Of a DNA stretch of 64,000 bases, positions 50,978 through 63,800 are shown in pieces (the first letter of the stretch is position 1; every line of letters starts with the position of its first letter). The stretch is from Gnetum montanum (lineage: Eukaryota > Plantae > Gnetophyta). The notes below the pieces were generated by a model. That model was not told the origin of the DNA and searched no databases. It saw only the letters and a list, made by a program, of their open reading frames with translations. The stretch covers positions 170,246-234,245 of the forward strand of contig MNCI01000425.1 in the NCBI GenBank assembly GCA_015680685.1, given 5' to 3'. The translations under genes were made by a program, and so were the position numbers.

Positions 50978-52000
50978 ATGCCTCTCCTACAAGACTACGA
51001 TAATGCCACATCTAGTGAGGCAATTCATTAGAGAATCAACGAATCATATGACAATGAAGATTGGAGTGCACAATCTGAGGTGGGGGTTTCTTATAAACAT
51101 AAACAAAGGTAGCATCATTCCAACACATGAAAGCATAAGTTACTCAGTGATGATGAACCCCTACTAGCCACTACAAGCCTAACGCAAATACAAGAGGCTA
51201 TTTGAATCTCCCGTAGGCATTGGAAAGATAGTCATCTACCTAGGCTCGATTTAAACAACTTTTCCAATTTCTCAGGAGGCTATGACTTAGATCTGCAACA
51301 ATATTTACAAGCCTTCTATGATGCCTGCACATGGAACAACATTGATAATGGATGGCAAAAACTCAAGCTCTTTCCAATGACACTTGTTGTCCAAGCAAAA
51401 GTATGGTATATATTGTTAAAACCAAATTCAATACGACATTGGCCAACAATGGTAGAGCTCTTTAATGAAAGATATCAAACCTATGCAAGAGTATCAACCT
51501 TGAGGAAACAAATCCAAGAGTGGAAACAAGCACAACATGAACCCTTGGACATGGCCTTAGAAAGGTATTATGCACTTTTAAACAACTGTCCAAGCCATGA
51601 GTTCTTCGAGGAAACGCTAACATACCATATCATTGATGGACTTCGTAATGAACAAGAGAAACCCTAGGGATGTATGCCCAAGGTCAACCATACAAACTAT
51701 GAACCCATCAATTCCAAGAGCTTATTAAGTGGATAGCAAAAGAAGAAGGAGAAATGGCTAAATGGGAGAGTGTTGAAAAATCAAAATCTCAACTTAACAG
51801 AGGTCCATAATCACAAAAAGGAGAAATCAACCTATCACAAGGAGAAAGAACCATCTTTTCCAATACAACAATCACTAGAAGAATTCAAGGAAAAGATCAA
51901 TAAGATGTTGGAATGGATGCATAAAAAGTGTGGAGAATATATTAATATTATTGGAGATAGAGTTTTGACAACTCAAGGAGTAGGACAAAGTATCATTAGA
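50978..52000 (+). pseudogene. gag: gag (retrotrans_gag domain)
   Basis: KLKLFPMTLVVQAKVWY..LKPNSIRHWPTMVELFNERY...ERYYALLNNCPSH. Start is approximate. Confidence 0.85.
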
Positions 52001-54312
52001 TAATCGGAAAGAAGGGATGAGAAAGATAAGGGCTCAACTGCCAATCACATGTATGAATGCAACATTTGCCTGTACGATCACCCCAAGGGTCAATGCCCAA
52101 TCTTGTTACATTTATATAAGCATTGGAGAAGCATGTTACACCCAGATTTCATACAAAGATATTGTGTTCGATCACAGTGGCAACAATCCCAATTGTGGTG
52201 GAAGCCACCCCTAAACTAGAGACACCCTTCGTATCATCCGAATCTAAATGCTTATCTAGTTCAACATCCTATTTTCCCAACTGGGTCAACATACTCTATA
52301 CCGACGCATTATCATTCTCCTCAATACTATCATCCCATGTCCTCCACACAATCACCACCTTGTGTGCCTCACACTTCTCCTAGATTTCAACATTGTCATC
52401 CTTTCCCTCCTTCTATGTTGCCACCAACTATTCCTGAAGTGTCTGCAGCATAGCAACAACCCATGAATGTTACTTATGCTACTATTGCCAATAGCAGTAA
52501 GAGGCCTCCTCAACATCGAAACTATCCCTTCTTTAGATATGATCGTAGGAAGGGACAACATAGTTCCAAGGCCTCTACATTTTCCAACTTAGCATAAGTC
52601 CAACACTATGATGCATCCTTCTCTTCAAACCCAGCACCTTGTGTAACTTCATCAGGGCCACCGACTAACAATCCAACAACCATATGGCCCAATGGACACA
52701 ACCATGGAGGGTGACACCCTGATCCTTGCATACCATCTTACGGTCTCAAATATCATAGTGGGTCAACTCTTTACCCAAGAGCCACATCTTTCCCCACTAT
52801 GCTTACTATAATCAGGTGTGTGAACCCCAATGGGGTAAGTATGACCAAGTTTCAATATTTCCAACATGCAAGGATCCTCTTCTTTCATTTATTAGTCCTC
52901 TCCATGCTCAACCATTTAGTTATGGGGGGTATCCCCCATTCTAATAATGAACAGGATTAGTAAATATTTTTCATTTTCTTTAATTTTACAATTTTTTGTC
53001 TTCCAGTTTTTCATTTTTCAATTTCTTGTTTTATCTTTTTAGCTTTTCATAAGTAATCTCATCTACAAATAAAACACTCATGTGGCTCATTGGTTGAGGC
53101 GTGTTCTATGTTATCAAGTCTCGAGTGAGCAATTATGTGAATAGTGAGCCCATTACACCTACTCATCCATTCTACAAATAAGAGGTTCTGTTCAAGGGTA
53201 CAGTGATATTCTTAACATTCTTAAAACTTAAAATTAGTTTCATGTTCATTGTACCCAGAATGAAGAAGGATGGACCAAGAGGGAATGATAAGGGTGTGAC
53301 ATCAAGGGGACTTGCAGATTCTCTTTGGTAATGTCTGTGAGAGTTATCATGCAACGTGGTTATACTAATATCCTTGTAGATCTAATGAAAAATGGGAGTA
53401 AGAGTAATTAAAAGGCACTTAAAAATCCAATGTTGTTCTAGGGGGTCCCATTGGAAAGACATGCACCCATGCTTGAAGTTTGGCAGCTTCTCTAAATTCA
53501 GCAATTATAAAAAAAAAGAGAGAAAGAAGAAAAAAACAAAAAAGGAAGTGCCAGAATGCAAAAATCACTCCTCCCTTAAACAAAATTTCAAGTGATCATA
53601 CACCTTGTTGTTATGGTACTCTCATAGTCACTCATCATGGGATGAAACAATGTGGTGTCACTGATCAAAGAAATGGACTTGGTCCTAATCTTGGAACGAT
53701 GGGTTAATGATACATTAATCATGCTTTACACGTAGGATTCATTGTGCCTTGGGTCAGTTACCTCATGTCCTAATCTCTATAATCCCTTCTTTACACCATC
53801 TCACCTTGTTGTTCATGTAATTGTTGTTCATGTCTCGTATAGCGTAGAATTCATACCTCATTTTGGTGGTATATACATGTGTGTGTTTTTTGAAACTGGT
53901 ATGGATTACTTTTAACCCTTCTAGTGCCTACGGACATTTTAAGGTGTGGTTACGCAAGGGCATTATAGGTTGAAACCTATTGTGGGGAGGACCCACTTGC
54001 CTAACTTTTGCAATTTGTACTTATTGCATACCACCACATCATCTTATACCCTCTAAGTACTTCATTACCAAATCTATTCTTTCCTTTGTCACCATTTTAT
54101 CAAACATTCCTCAAAATAGGTCCTTTTCTGTATCACCTAAACAAGCCAGGTCCGACATTAAACTTCTAGGGCAACTTCCTTGAAAAAAAATTTCTAACTC
54201 TAAAATCACACTAGCAAAGAATTCAACATTTATTAAAGTCAATGAGTAAGGTATGAAACCATTGAACATTCTTCAATAACCTCACTAATGATTGATCTTT
54301 GTGTGATTATAA

Positions 54313-54751
54313 ATGGCCCCTAAAAGAAGACAACAAGGAGGACCTTCTCAAAGTGCAACCAAACGACCAAGGGAAGGTAGAGGCCAAGGACTTCATGCTG
54401 AACATGCAGAGTAGGAGGCAAAATCACACAGCATCCATTATGGAACTCCTGTTACTACATAATCTATCCAAGAAAAATGTGGAGAGGCCAGGGCCCAAGC
54501 CCATGAAGAGGAATGATAGCTATTTGCAGCATAACATATCAAGGCCAATCAAGTGTTCCCACAACTACCATGTTCATGGAAAGTGCCGACTTCATCAAAC
54601 ATTGGAACATCAGCATGGAAGACTCATAATCCTTGGATAGAAGAGGGGAAACATCAAGCACTTCTTCAACGGTATCAATCTTAGAAGCTTGATCGTGCAG
54701 GACAAAGGAGAGGCACCCATAGAGGAGCCACCACTACCAAGAACCCCATGA
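54313..54751 (+). pseudogene. Short decayed 3' ORF beginning MAPKRRQQGGPSQ
   Basis: Basic N-terminus homologous to the ORF start at 45928. Early in-frame stops are TAG/TAA/TGA, explicable as C>T changes. Confidence 0.6.
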
Positions 54752-54924
54752 GTTCCACAAGTTTTGTCTTTATGTCTATGTCCAAATTTTTTAAAATTCT
54801 TGACTATGGAATAAATAAATTCCTAGTCAATTAATAATCCCATACCTATCCAGTGTGTAATCAATTGAACTTATTCCTCACTTTCTTTGACTCGAGGACG
54901 AGTTGTTATTCAGTCGTGGGGGTA

Positions 54925-55857
54925 TGATGAGTCAAAGTTTGTTAGGTCCTGTTATCAAACCCCTATTATCGGACCCCTATTATCTAAACCCTAATACAAG
55001 ATACCAAGTCTAATAGGTCCCAATATTAGACCCTTGTTATCAAACCCCCATTATCAAGGTCGTGATATCGCGTATGCGATATTGCGTACACGATATCATG
55101 GTTCCAATGTGAGCTTATAAATAAAAGGTGGTGCACTTCGTTTGAGGGATTAGTTTTTTTAGAGTTTCTCAGAGTTATAAGTGTTTAGTTTTAGTAGTTC
55201 TTTCTCTCAACCCTTTCCTCCTAGTGCATGCTCATAGTGTGGTGATTGTAATTGTACAGCATCCTTATTCGATTGTGACGTACTTGGACACACACATGAC
55301 CGAAAATAAAGATCAAGATTACTTCATCATTGCAGCATACACTTAGCTTAATTAATTAATTGTTATTTACTACTTTCATGGTTAATATCTCTCTACCCTT
55401 ATCTCCTAGTAATGTGGAATGAGTATGACTTAATCACAAGCATTCAAGTGTGACTACTTGGTAACCCAGTAGTGTACTTAGGCCATGCGCTTGGTAATCC
55501 CAATGGTAGTTGTGCACAAGGTTCAAGATGTGTACGGATGATTAAGGAACGGATGCTCACCACACTTAGGCTAGTCTAGATTCTCTCTTACCCTTTCTTT
55601 CTTTCCCTTCTAACTTAGTTAATATTATTTACCATCATACCCAGGAGTAGCATTAGCATAGGAACATATCATACCCCTCACTCTAGACTAAACCATACAT
55701 GACAAAGCTAATACTAGTCTAGGTGGAAAGACAACAAACTACGATCTACAAGTAACTATCTAGATATACAACTAGCCCATCTGTGGAGTTCGACCGGATC
55801 ATGTGTGAAATGCTCGTATTCATATGGTTGAGTGTAGGGGTGCCTTGCAACTCATAA
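54925..55857 (+). repeat. 3' LTR of the non-autonomous element
   Basis: Preceded by the PPT cagtcgtgggggta; ends ctcataa followed by the TSD acagt. Confidence 0.93.
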
Positions 55858-55862
55858 ACAGT

Positions 55863-58345
55863 GAGGTACAATTTTCCTATTCCAAGGATAGATGATATCC
55901 TTGATGTTCATGCCAATGCTAAAATTTTTAGTAAAATAGATTTGAAGAGTGGTTACCATCAAATTATAATTAGGCTTGGTGATGATTAGAATATAGCGTT
56001 CAAGACACCAATGGATTGTTTGAGTAGTTGGTGATGTCATTTGGGTTTATGTATGTACCTGATACATTCATGAGGTTAATGCATGATGTATTAAAGAAAT
56101 TAAATGGCAAGCATTGTATTATCTTTTTTGATGATATTTTGGTATATAGCTCTAATGAGGAAGAGCACTTGGATCACTTAAGGATGGTGTATCTTAAGTT
56201 TGAAGAGGCACAGTTGGTGATCAATGTGAAGAAAATTTAATTCTTCAAGAGGGAGATTACATATTTAGGACATGTGGTTTCTAGAAACCAAATTTTGATG
56301 GAAGGTACCAAGGTAAAGGCTATTAGGAATTGGCCAACTCCTAAGAATGTTGAGAAGGTAATATCATTCCTTATTTTAGTAGGTTTTTATAGATTGCTCA
56401 CAAACAATTTTAGTGGTATTTTGTGACCTATGCTTGCTTTGTTGAAGAAAAATAAAGATTTCAAGTGGGATAATGATACTTGATGAAGCTTTAACTTGTT
56501 GAAAGCAAAAATTACTAGTGAACTAGTACTTGTAATTCTAGATTTTTAGAAGCCTTTTTAGGTAGAGATGATTGCAAGTGGACTTGTCATTGGTAGGATA
56601 CTTTTACAAGAAGGTAGGCCTATTGCTTTATTTTCACAAAATTTGAATGAGTCAAGGTAAAAATATAGTATATATGAGAAGGAGTTGCATGTTATGCTTT
56701 TAAAAATCAAGCATTAGAGGCATTACTTATTACCCAAGGAGTTTACTTTGATGATGAACCACAAATCACTTTAATTTCTAAACTCTCAGATAAAGTTGAG
56801 GGCTAAGCACATGAAGTAGCTTGCATAATTATAGGAGTTTAATTTTGTATTAAGGCATTAAAGTGGAAAAGCCAATGTGGTGGTTGATACATTGTCTAGG
56901 GTACTTGTGGTTAATTTTAGTGTATCTTATGTGAAATATATGGGTGATTTTGCTTCTTTTTATGAGCATAATGTTGATTTTGGAAAGGTTTGTAGAAGCA
57001 TGAAAGAGCCCTTGTTGAGTAGGATAGACCAACAAAGGGACTATCTTATCCAAGATAAACTATTATTTAAAAATGAAAGGGTATATATTCCTAATTATGA
57101 TTTTAGAAAAAAGATTTTATTTGAAAAGCATCGTAGTAGCATGGTAGGTTACATGGGCAGGGATAAAACATTGGAACTTGTATGCAAGTATTTTTGCCCT
57201 AGTATGGCAACTAAAGTTTTCAAATTTCTGGAGTATTTAACCTGTTAGAAATTCAAAAGAGGTAAAGGTGTGGATGGACATTATATGCCATTGCCAATTT
57301 CAAAGGGTTCATGGAAACGTGTACAATGTATTTTATGAGTGGTATTTCAAAAGCTAAAAATGTAAATGATTTAATTTTTCTTATTGTTTACATGTTCTCT
57401 AAGATGACACACTTCATTCCATGCAAGAATGTGAGTAATGCTTCACATGTTGCAAATTTATTTTTCCAACATGTTGTGAAGTTTCATGGAGTTCCTTTGA
57501 ACATAGTTAGTGATAGAAACTCCAAATTCATAAGTCACTTTTAAAGATCCCTTTGAAAAATTTTAGGAACAAAGTTGAATTTTTCTAGTGCATAGCATCC
57601 CTAATTTGATGGCCAGACAGAGGTTGTGAGTAAATCCTTACTAAACATATTGAGATGTTTGTGTGGCAAACAATCAAATAGGTGGAAAAAATTATTGTAT
57701 CATGCTGAGTTTTTATGCAATAATATTTTTCATGTTGCTATTGGAAAATGTCCATTTGACGTGAACTATGGGTTTTGTCCAAAGATGATGGACATCTTGA
57801 AGTGCTTTGATAGAGAAGCTCAACTTAGTGCTAATTTTGTGCAAGAGATGAGGGATCTTCATGCATAAGTAAAATCAAATCTTAAGAAGATGGTTAAAGA
57901 GAGAGTCATCAAGAGGAATGAGGGCAAATAGAAGCCAAATTTTTCTATTAGTAATTTGGTTTAAGTGCACTTGAAGAAGAAATGTTTGAGAGATGTTAAC
58001 TTCTCCAATTTGAAAGCCAAGAAGATGGAACCTTTCAAAATTAAGGCTAAGATTATTGATAATGCTTTTGAGATAGATTTATCAAATGATATTGGTATTG
58101 GTATGTCTTTTGTATTTAATGTTTTAGATCTTGTGCACTATCATGGACTAATTGATGAGGACACCATACAAGATAGCATCACTAAGTTGAAGGGGGCTAC
58201 TAATTAGTCAAAGCCTTCAATAGAGAGGAAGGAAATAATATTCAAGTCGAGGAAAGCTTCTAGCATTTTGGTAGTTAAGAAGCATAAATATTTGATCAAT
58301 TGGAAGGACTAGTCTACAAATGATGTTGTATGAATATATGAGATC
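55863..58345 (+). pseudogene. pol: CRM-like RT (rest), RNase H, integrase and chromodomain
   Basis: [67 protein letters not shown]...DNAFEIDL and YLINWKD*STNDVV*I. Confidence 0.92.
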
Positions 58346-58403
58346 CAACTTCATCAATGGTCACTTCAACCCCTACTCCCTTGTTCACATGAGTTGACAT
58401 TTT

Positions 58404-58416
58404 GAAGAATGGGAGT
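58404..58416 (+). promoter_or_regulatory. Polypurine tract
   Basis: gaagaatgggagt abutting the 3' LTR. Confidence 0.7.
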
Positions 58417-59297
58417 TAGTGTAGAAACACCTCTTTTAATCCCCTTTTTCTTCCATAAGTTTTTATGTTGCAAGTTTTTGGGCTTTATGAAGGCATCTTA
58501 GGCTTCAAGAAGACATGTTGGCTAAGAGTGAAATCTTCATAGAAGATGTCTTTACTTTGGCAAGAGATGTCTTGGAATTAGAAGAGACATCTTGCCTGTA
58601 GAGGAGACATCTTGCCAACAATGAAGACATCTTGGGTAATATGTCTTGTGTTGCAAGAGATGTCTCACTAAATGACAAGACATCTCTCAAAAATAGCATA
58701 TGTCTTGGTTGAAAGTTATGTATTTGTAGGAGACAACACCTATGGTTAGGAAACTTTTGGAATTGGCCACTCCAAGTTAGAAAATAATTAGGATAAAAAT
58801 GAAAAAGATATTTATCTTATTTTCTTAATAAATATGTTGTCATTTCATGTTTATGGATGCATAGAGAGAAAGAAAGAATTATTGATAAGAGCTCTTGAGT
58901 TGAGGAGGGGTTGGCAAAAGTGTGATAGAGCAAATTGAGTGAATGTAGGTGTGGTTGTAGCTCCAAGGTCAATGTGTGTGGATTGGCTTATGTGTTCTTA
59001 TTTCTTGTTTACTTCTCTAAATTGAATCTTAGTCCCAAGTTGTGGGAGAGATTTATCATTGGTTGTGTCTTGCATTGAGAATACCCACTATATGGTTGTA
59101 AAGCCTCATGCTCTATAATATCATTAAGTTTTTGGAGAGGGTTTGATATTTATGGGTTTGGGGAACCCAAGTGCAATCTTCTCTTTTGAATAATTGAAGA
59201 TATATAGTTTTCTTATTTTCTAAAAAATTTATTATCTTTTCATAATATTTGGATTTAGTATTTGAAGGTGATTAATTATTGGAGTGAACCTACTCTA
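58417..59297 (+). repeat. CRM-like 3' LTR
   Basis: tagtgtagaaacacctctt...gagtgaacctactcta. Confidence 0.88.
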
Positions 59298-60519
59298 GTA
59301 TGTAGGCACCTTAGATGGTGAATGATGGTTTAGGTTAAATACCATACCCTTGTAAGAGATTGTCTTAGGATCATGTAGTCTATAAAATGAAAACTAGCAA
59401 ATGGCCATGGCATGGGATAACGAGGTAAGAAAATGGAGTGATCGAATAATTGAAAGAGATATTGTTGTAGGAGAATTTGAATCATAGTCACAAGAGATCC
59501 TTTGTGGAATGCATAATTAGGATGATCCAAATACTGGTTTATTATGAGTCAATACCAAGTTCATACCATTCTCATTAGTCTTGCATTGATGTGTTTCTTC
59601 TTTCATACCATCATGGGTATACAAAAATCATAGAGAATAATCTTCACTCTGGAAAAATAAGAAAAGAGAAGAAGAAAGTAGTTAGAGATGTTTGAGGAAG
59701 AATTTGGACCTTAGTTAGATAGGTGTTTTTAGGCATGGTTAACATGTCTTTCCAACCTCACAACTAGTGCTTGCATTCTAAGAGATCTTTAGAGATGTAT
59801 GTTTTGATTCTTTTTTTTTATTTTTTCAAAGGAAATCATACATTATAAAGACATACTTCCTTTTACAAATTATAGGAGCAGTGATGATACATTCCATAAG
59901 GAGCCATAATATTCCTAAAGGAAGTTAATAAGAGAACTCAACAAATCCTCTTAAGGTCACACCCTTTTTCATTTACACGTGGTCCTTTTCTAGTCCAGTG
60001 GGTAATGAAATCACATGTTACTTATTTAGTTTTTATGTGAAAGAACCATCATGTTGCCATGATATAAATTTTCTTATGAGACAAATTGAATGGGCGGATG
60101 TTGTGAGCTCACTCCCTAGTACCATCAGAAAATTGAGACTCACTAGTAGAGAGCATAATGCAAAACATGGTTGGCCTCTAAAGATAGTTATAATCTTGAC
60201 AACTACATTCAATAATTCTCAAAATTTGCAACAATAGTGGTATAAAATCAAATATCATAAGAAGAGAAGGGAAAAAATAAAGTAAAGTCAAATAAAAATA
60301 AAAGCAAAAGTAAAATATACAAAATAATTATTAAAAAGGAAAGAAAATTGAAAACATATAAAGAATGATGTAAAACAAAAGAAGAGAAAAAAATTTCATC
60401 CTCTCCACGATATTATGATAGATGGACTTCTCCCCCATGACTAAGTTGGAAGAAGGAGATTTGAAAAATGGATTTTAATGTGTTGTGGTTGTGGTTGGTT
60501 ACTTAAAAGTCTATAAAGG

Positions 60520-63500
60520 ATTTTAGTTGTTGGATATTAACCAACATGTGCTTTTGGGTGCTTATTAAATGGTAAATTATCATAGCCCTAAAACAAAAAG
60601 TTAAGTGCATAATGTATGGACCATCCCATAATATCTAGAACCTTGTCTCCTAGTGTGAATTCAACTTTTCATATTTGAACATCATGTCATCATTTTTTAT
60701 ATGTCATGTGCACTTCATTTATCATAAGGACTACTCTTTGATTTTCTTCTACCATGTTGAGTATCATTGGTCTTTCTTTTTATGCTAGGTTAATGTCTAG
60801 GTCAAGGTCACATACAATTACAACTATATGGACATCATTTTAAATTGGAAGTTTAAGTAACTTTTTGTACACTAACTCATAGGAAGAGCAGCCTATAAGA
60901 AGTTTCCATGTTGAGCAATATGGCCATAGGGCATTGTTGGGTTTGGTACTCTAGTCTCTTCTATATATGTTGATGGTCTTTGTTAGGATTCTGATGATCT
61001 CCTTATTGGTTACCTCAACTTGATTGTTGGCTTGGGGATGATAGGGTGTTGTAAGTTTATGTTTCACCCCCAAGCATTACATTAACTTATGAAAGGTAGC
61101 ACCTATGAAATGGGTTTTATTGTTATAAATTAGTATCTTAGGCATACCAAACTTGTTTACCACTTGTTGTTGAAAGAATTAAGCTGTAATGGAAGAAGTA
61201 AAATTAATAATAACTCCAAATTCAGGCCATTTAGTACAATAGCTAATAACATTAATAATAAAAGACTTCCTATTGAACATGGAAGTGATGGATCTCATGA
61301 AATTAATTCTCCAAAGGTTGAAAGGATCCAATTATTAGATCCACTTTTGGAACCCTTTCATCCTAGTTTTCATTCCTCCATATTATTGACATTGCTTGCA
61401 TGAATGGACAAAATGATGGAAATCCCTAAAGATCGTAGTTTAGAAATATACTACCATCAAGATTTTTATGGTCATGTTTCTTCTAGCATAGCGGCCCCCA
61501 TAAGGGTTCTCATGAGCATCTTGGAGGACTCTTAGTTAATCTATATCAAGTATGCACCATTGTACTAGGCCATTAGCACAGATTTTATAGAGGTTTCCCT
61601 CTATCTCTAGGTAGTGTTTGGCTTGGTGGAGGAACTACTACTTCCTCTTATGATCCCATTTTGTAGGAGTCTCCTATATGAGTAAATAGGAGATAAATTC
61701 ATCATACTACTTTGTAACTCTTGTGCTTAAACTTCGATTGTCTTAGCAAAGAGAATCTCATCTAGAAATTGATCAAATAAAGGCTCTTCTTCTATATTGT
61801 TATCCCATTCTCACTAAGATAAATGATCAATAACTACATTCTCAGTTTCCATTTTGTTCATCATTGTTAGATCAAACTCTTGCATGATCATTAACCACGG
61901 TATAACATAGGGACTCATTGTTGGCTTGTTCATTAGGAAACAAATTGCACTATGATTAGTATGCATAAAAATGGGGTATATAAACACATGGTGAATGAAT
62001 TTATTAAAAATGTACACCACTGCCATGAGTTCCTTTTTTTAGTGGTGTAATTAATTTGTGCATCCACAATGCTACTACTTGTACAACGGGTGCATCTGTC
62101 ATGATATGAAAAGGTTTGGACTAATCAGGTGCACATAGAATTGATGTTTCTATGAGCTTTTGCTACAAGTACTAAAATACGTATTCACACTCCTTGATCC
62201 ATTTAAATGCTAAATCCTTCTTAGTAAGCTTAAAATGTAGCTTGGAAATTTTGGAGAAATTTTGATAAAACATCTATAATAACTATTATGTCTAAGGAAT
62301 GACCTTACATATTTAATTTTTTGACATTGTTTGATAATTCCTTGAATGATCTTTATCTTTTCAAGGTTCACCTCAATTCCTTTTTGTAAAATCTGGTAGA
62401 CTAAGACAATGCCCTCCTATATCATTAAGTGGCTCTTCTACTAGTTGAGCCACAAGCTTGTTTCCACACATCATTTCATCACCTACTCAAGATGGTCCAA
62501 TTATTGTTCAAAAGAAAAACCATAGGTGGAGAAGTTATCCATGAAGAATTTCACACCACTACCAATTTGTTGCTAAAAGATACTAAGGACTAGGTGTTAG
62601 AAAGTTGTAGGAGTGTTGCATAGGATAAAGAGCATCATTTTGTATGCAACCATTCTTAAAGAACTTGTGAATATGATTTTGGCCGAGTCTTCTAGAGTGA
62701 TTTATATTTGATTATAACCACTATATTCATCTAGAAAATTTTCGTAGTTTTATCCTATAATAGTGTTTTACACTTGGTTCACAAATGGTAGAAAAAATTT
62801 TTCCTTAAATGTGGCTATGTTTAACAACCTAAAATCTACACATACTCTCCATTTTTTTTTTTTTTTTTGATATGATAACAAGTAGGATTACCCTATCACT
62901 ATCTACCACTAGGTAAATGAATCCAACCTTGAAAATTTTCTTAAGATCATTTTCAACAAAGTGTTTTAGCTTGGAATTCAACCTTTTTTGCAACTACCTT
63001 TTGGGCTTGATAGTAGAATCTGTGTAGATCCAATGCTAGTATATGCATAGATCTATTCATGTTGTCTCATCATATGATTAAGAAAATGTTATTGGCCATT
63101 TGTTAACTACCTTCAAAAACTTTCTCTTCTGTTCATTGGTGAGTTGACCTTATTTTGATTTTCAATTTTTCATTGTCTAAGAATACATACTCTAAAGATG
63201 CTGATAAGAAGTTCATCTTCAAGAGCTCCTATTTAGAAGTGTCAAGAATTTCAAACTCTCCCTAATCCATCTCTATTTTTTTCTTATTCTTAAGTTCAAA
63301 GAGTTAGCTCCAAATTTGCTCCATTTCATCCATCTTATCTATATATGAACTTGTAAGGATCTCTATTGGGTCCATGCATATTGTAGAATTAGGGCTATTG
63401 TTTATAGTTAACCACTAGGTGCCTTCTTGTTTTATGGTTGCTACATATAGGCACCTTTAGATACTAGTGGTTTCTACATACATCTTACATACTGTAATAG

Positions 63501-63800
63501 ACATGTTCTTGATTGTCTATATTTTTTGCATGTAATTACACCATGTGTCATTATATACAATATATGGAACTCTCTTCATCTCTATCTTACTGAATTCATT
63601 TTTCTTAGAGATTTATAAGGAGAGGTCAATAATTCCTAACTTCGCATCAATTGTACTTAGCCAAGCCCTCCCCATAATGATTGGGAAGTCTCCCTTGTAG
63701 TTGTCAACATGGATTACTAGGAACTCTACTAGATATGGTCACTCATTAACAATGGTCATATTATCCTCTACCAATACCAATGGAATAGTAATAAATTGGC
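60520..63800 (-). pseudogene. pol: Athila copy B pol (PR C-half, RT, RNase H, integrase)
   Basis: FPIIMGRAWL (~63660-63690), FFMDNFSTYG (~62520-62550), ORF 61814-62026 (RNase H), YHPQANNQVEVTNKEI (~61000-61045) and GDKVLDYYG (~60630-60650). Confidence 0.9.

Larger units (their letters stand above)
49892..55857 (+). mobile_element. Non-autonomous Athila-family LTR element (gag plus short 3' ORF, no pol)
   Basis: LTRs 49892-50835 and 54925-55857 (TGATGAG...CTCAT(C/A)A), TSD agagt/acagt, Asp-type PBS and PPT. Removing it restores the host RT reading NKI(T/R)[12 protein letters not shown]. Confidence 0.93.
46831..59297 (+). mobile_element. CRM-like chromovirus (Ty3/gypsy), full length, decayed
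   Basis: LTR pair, Met PBS, PPT, gag-PR-RT-RH-IN-chromodomain and TSD gtttg/gtatg. An alternative register 46834-59300 with TSD tgtgg/tgtag is possible, but the solo LTR end (ctacacca) favours a TGGTG start. Confidence 0.9.
41812..63800 (-). mobile_element. Athila-like element, copy B (5' part beyond the right edge), split by nested elements
   Basis: PR, RT, RH and IN at 60520-63800; non-coding spacer interrupted by the CRM-like element; 3' ORF 42850-45928; PPT; 3' LTR 41812-42580. Confidence 0.85.
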
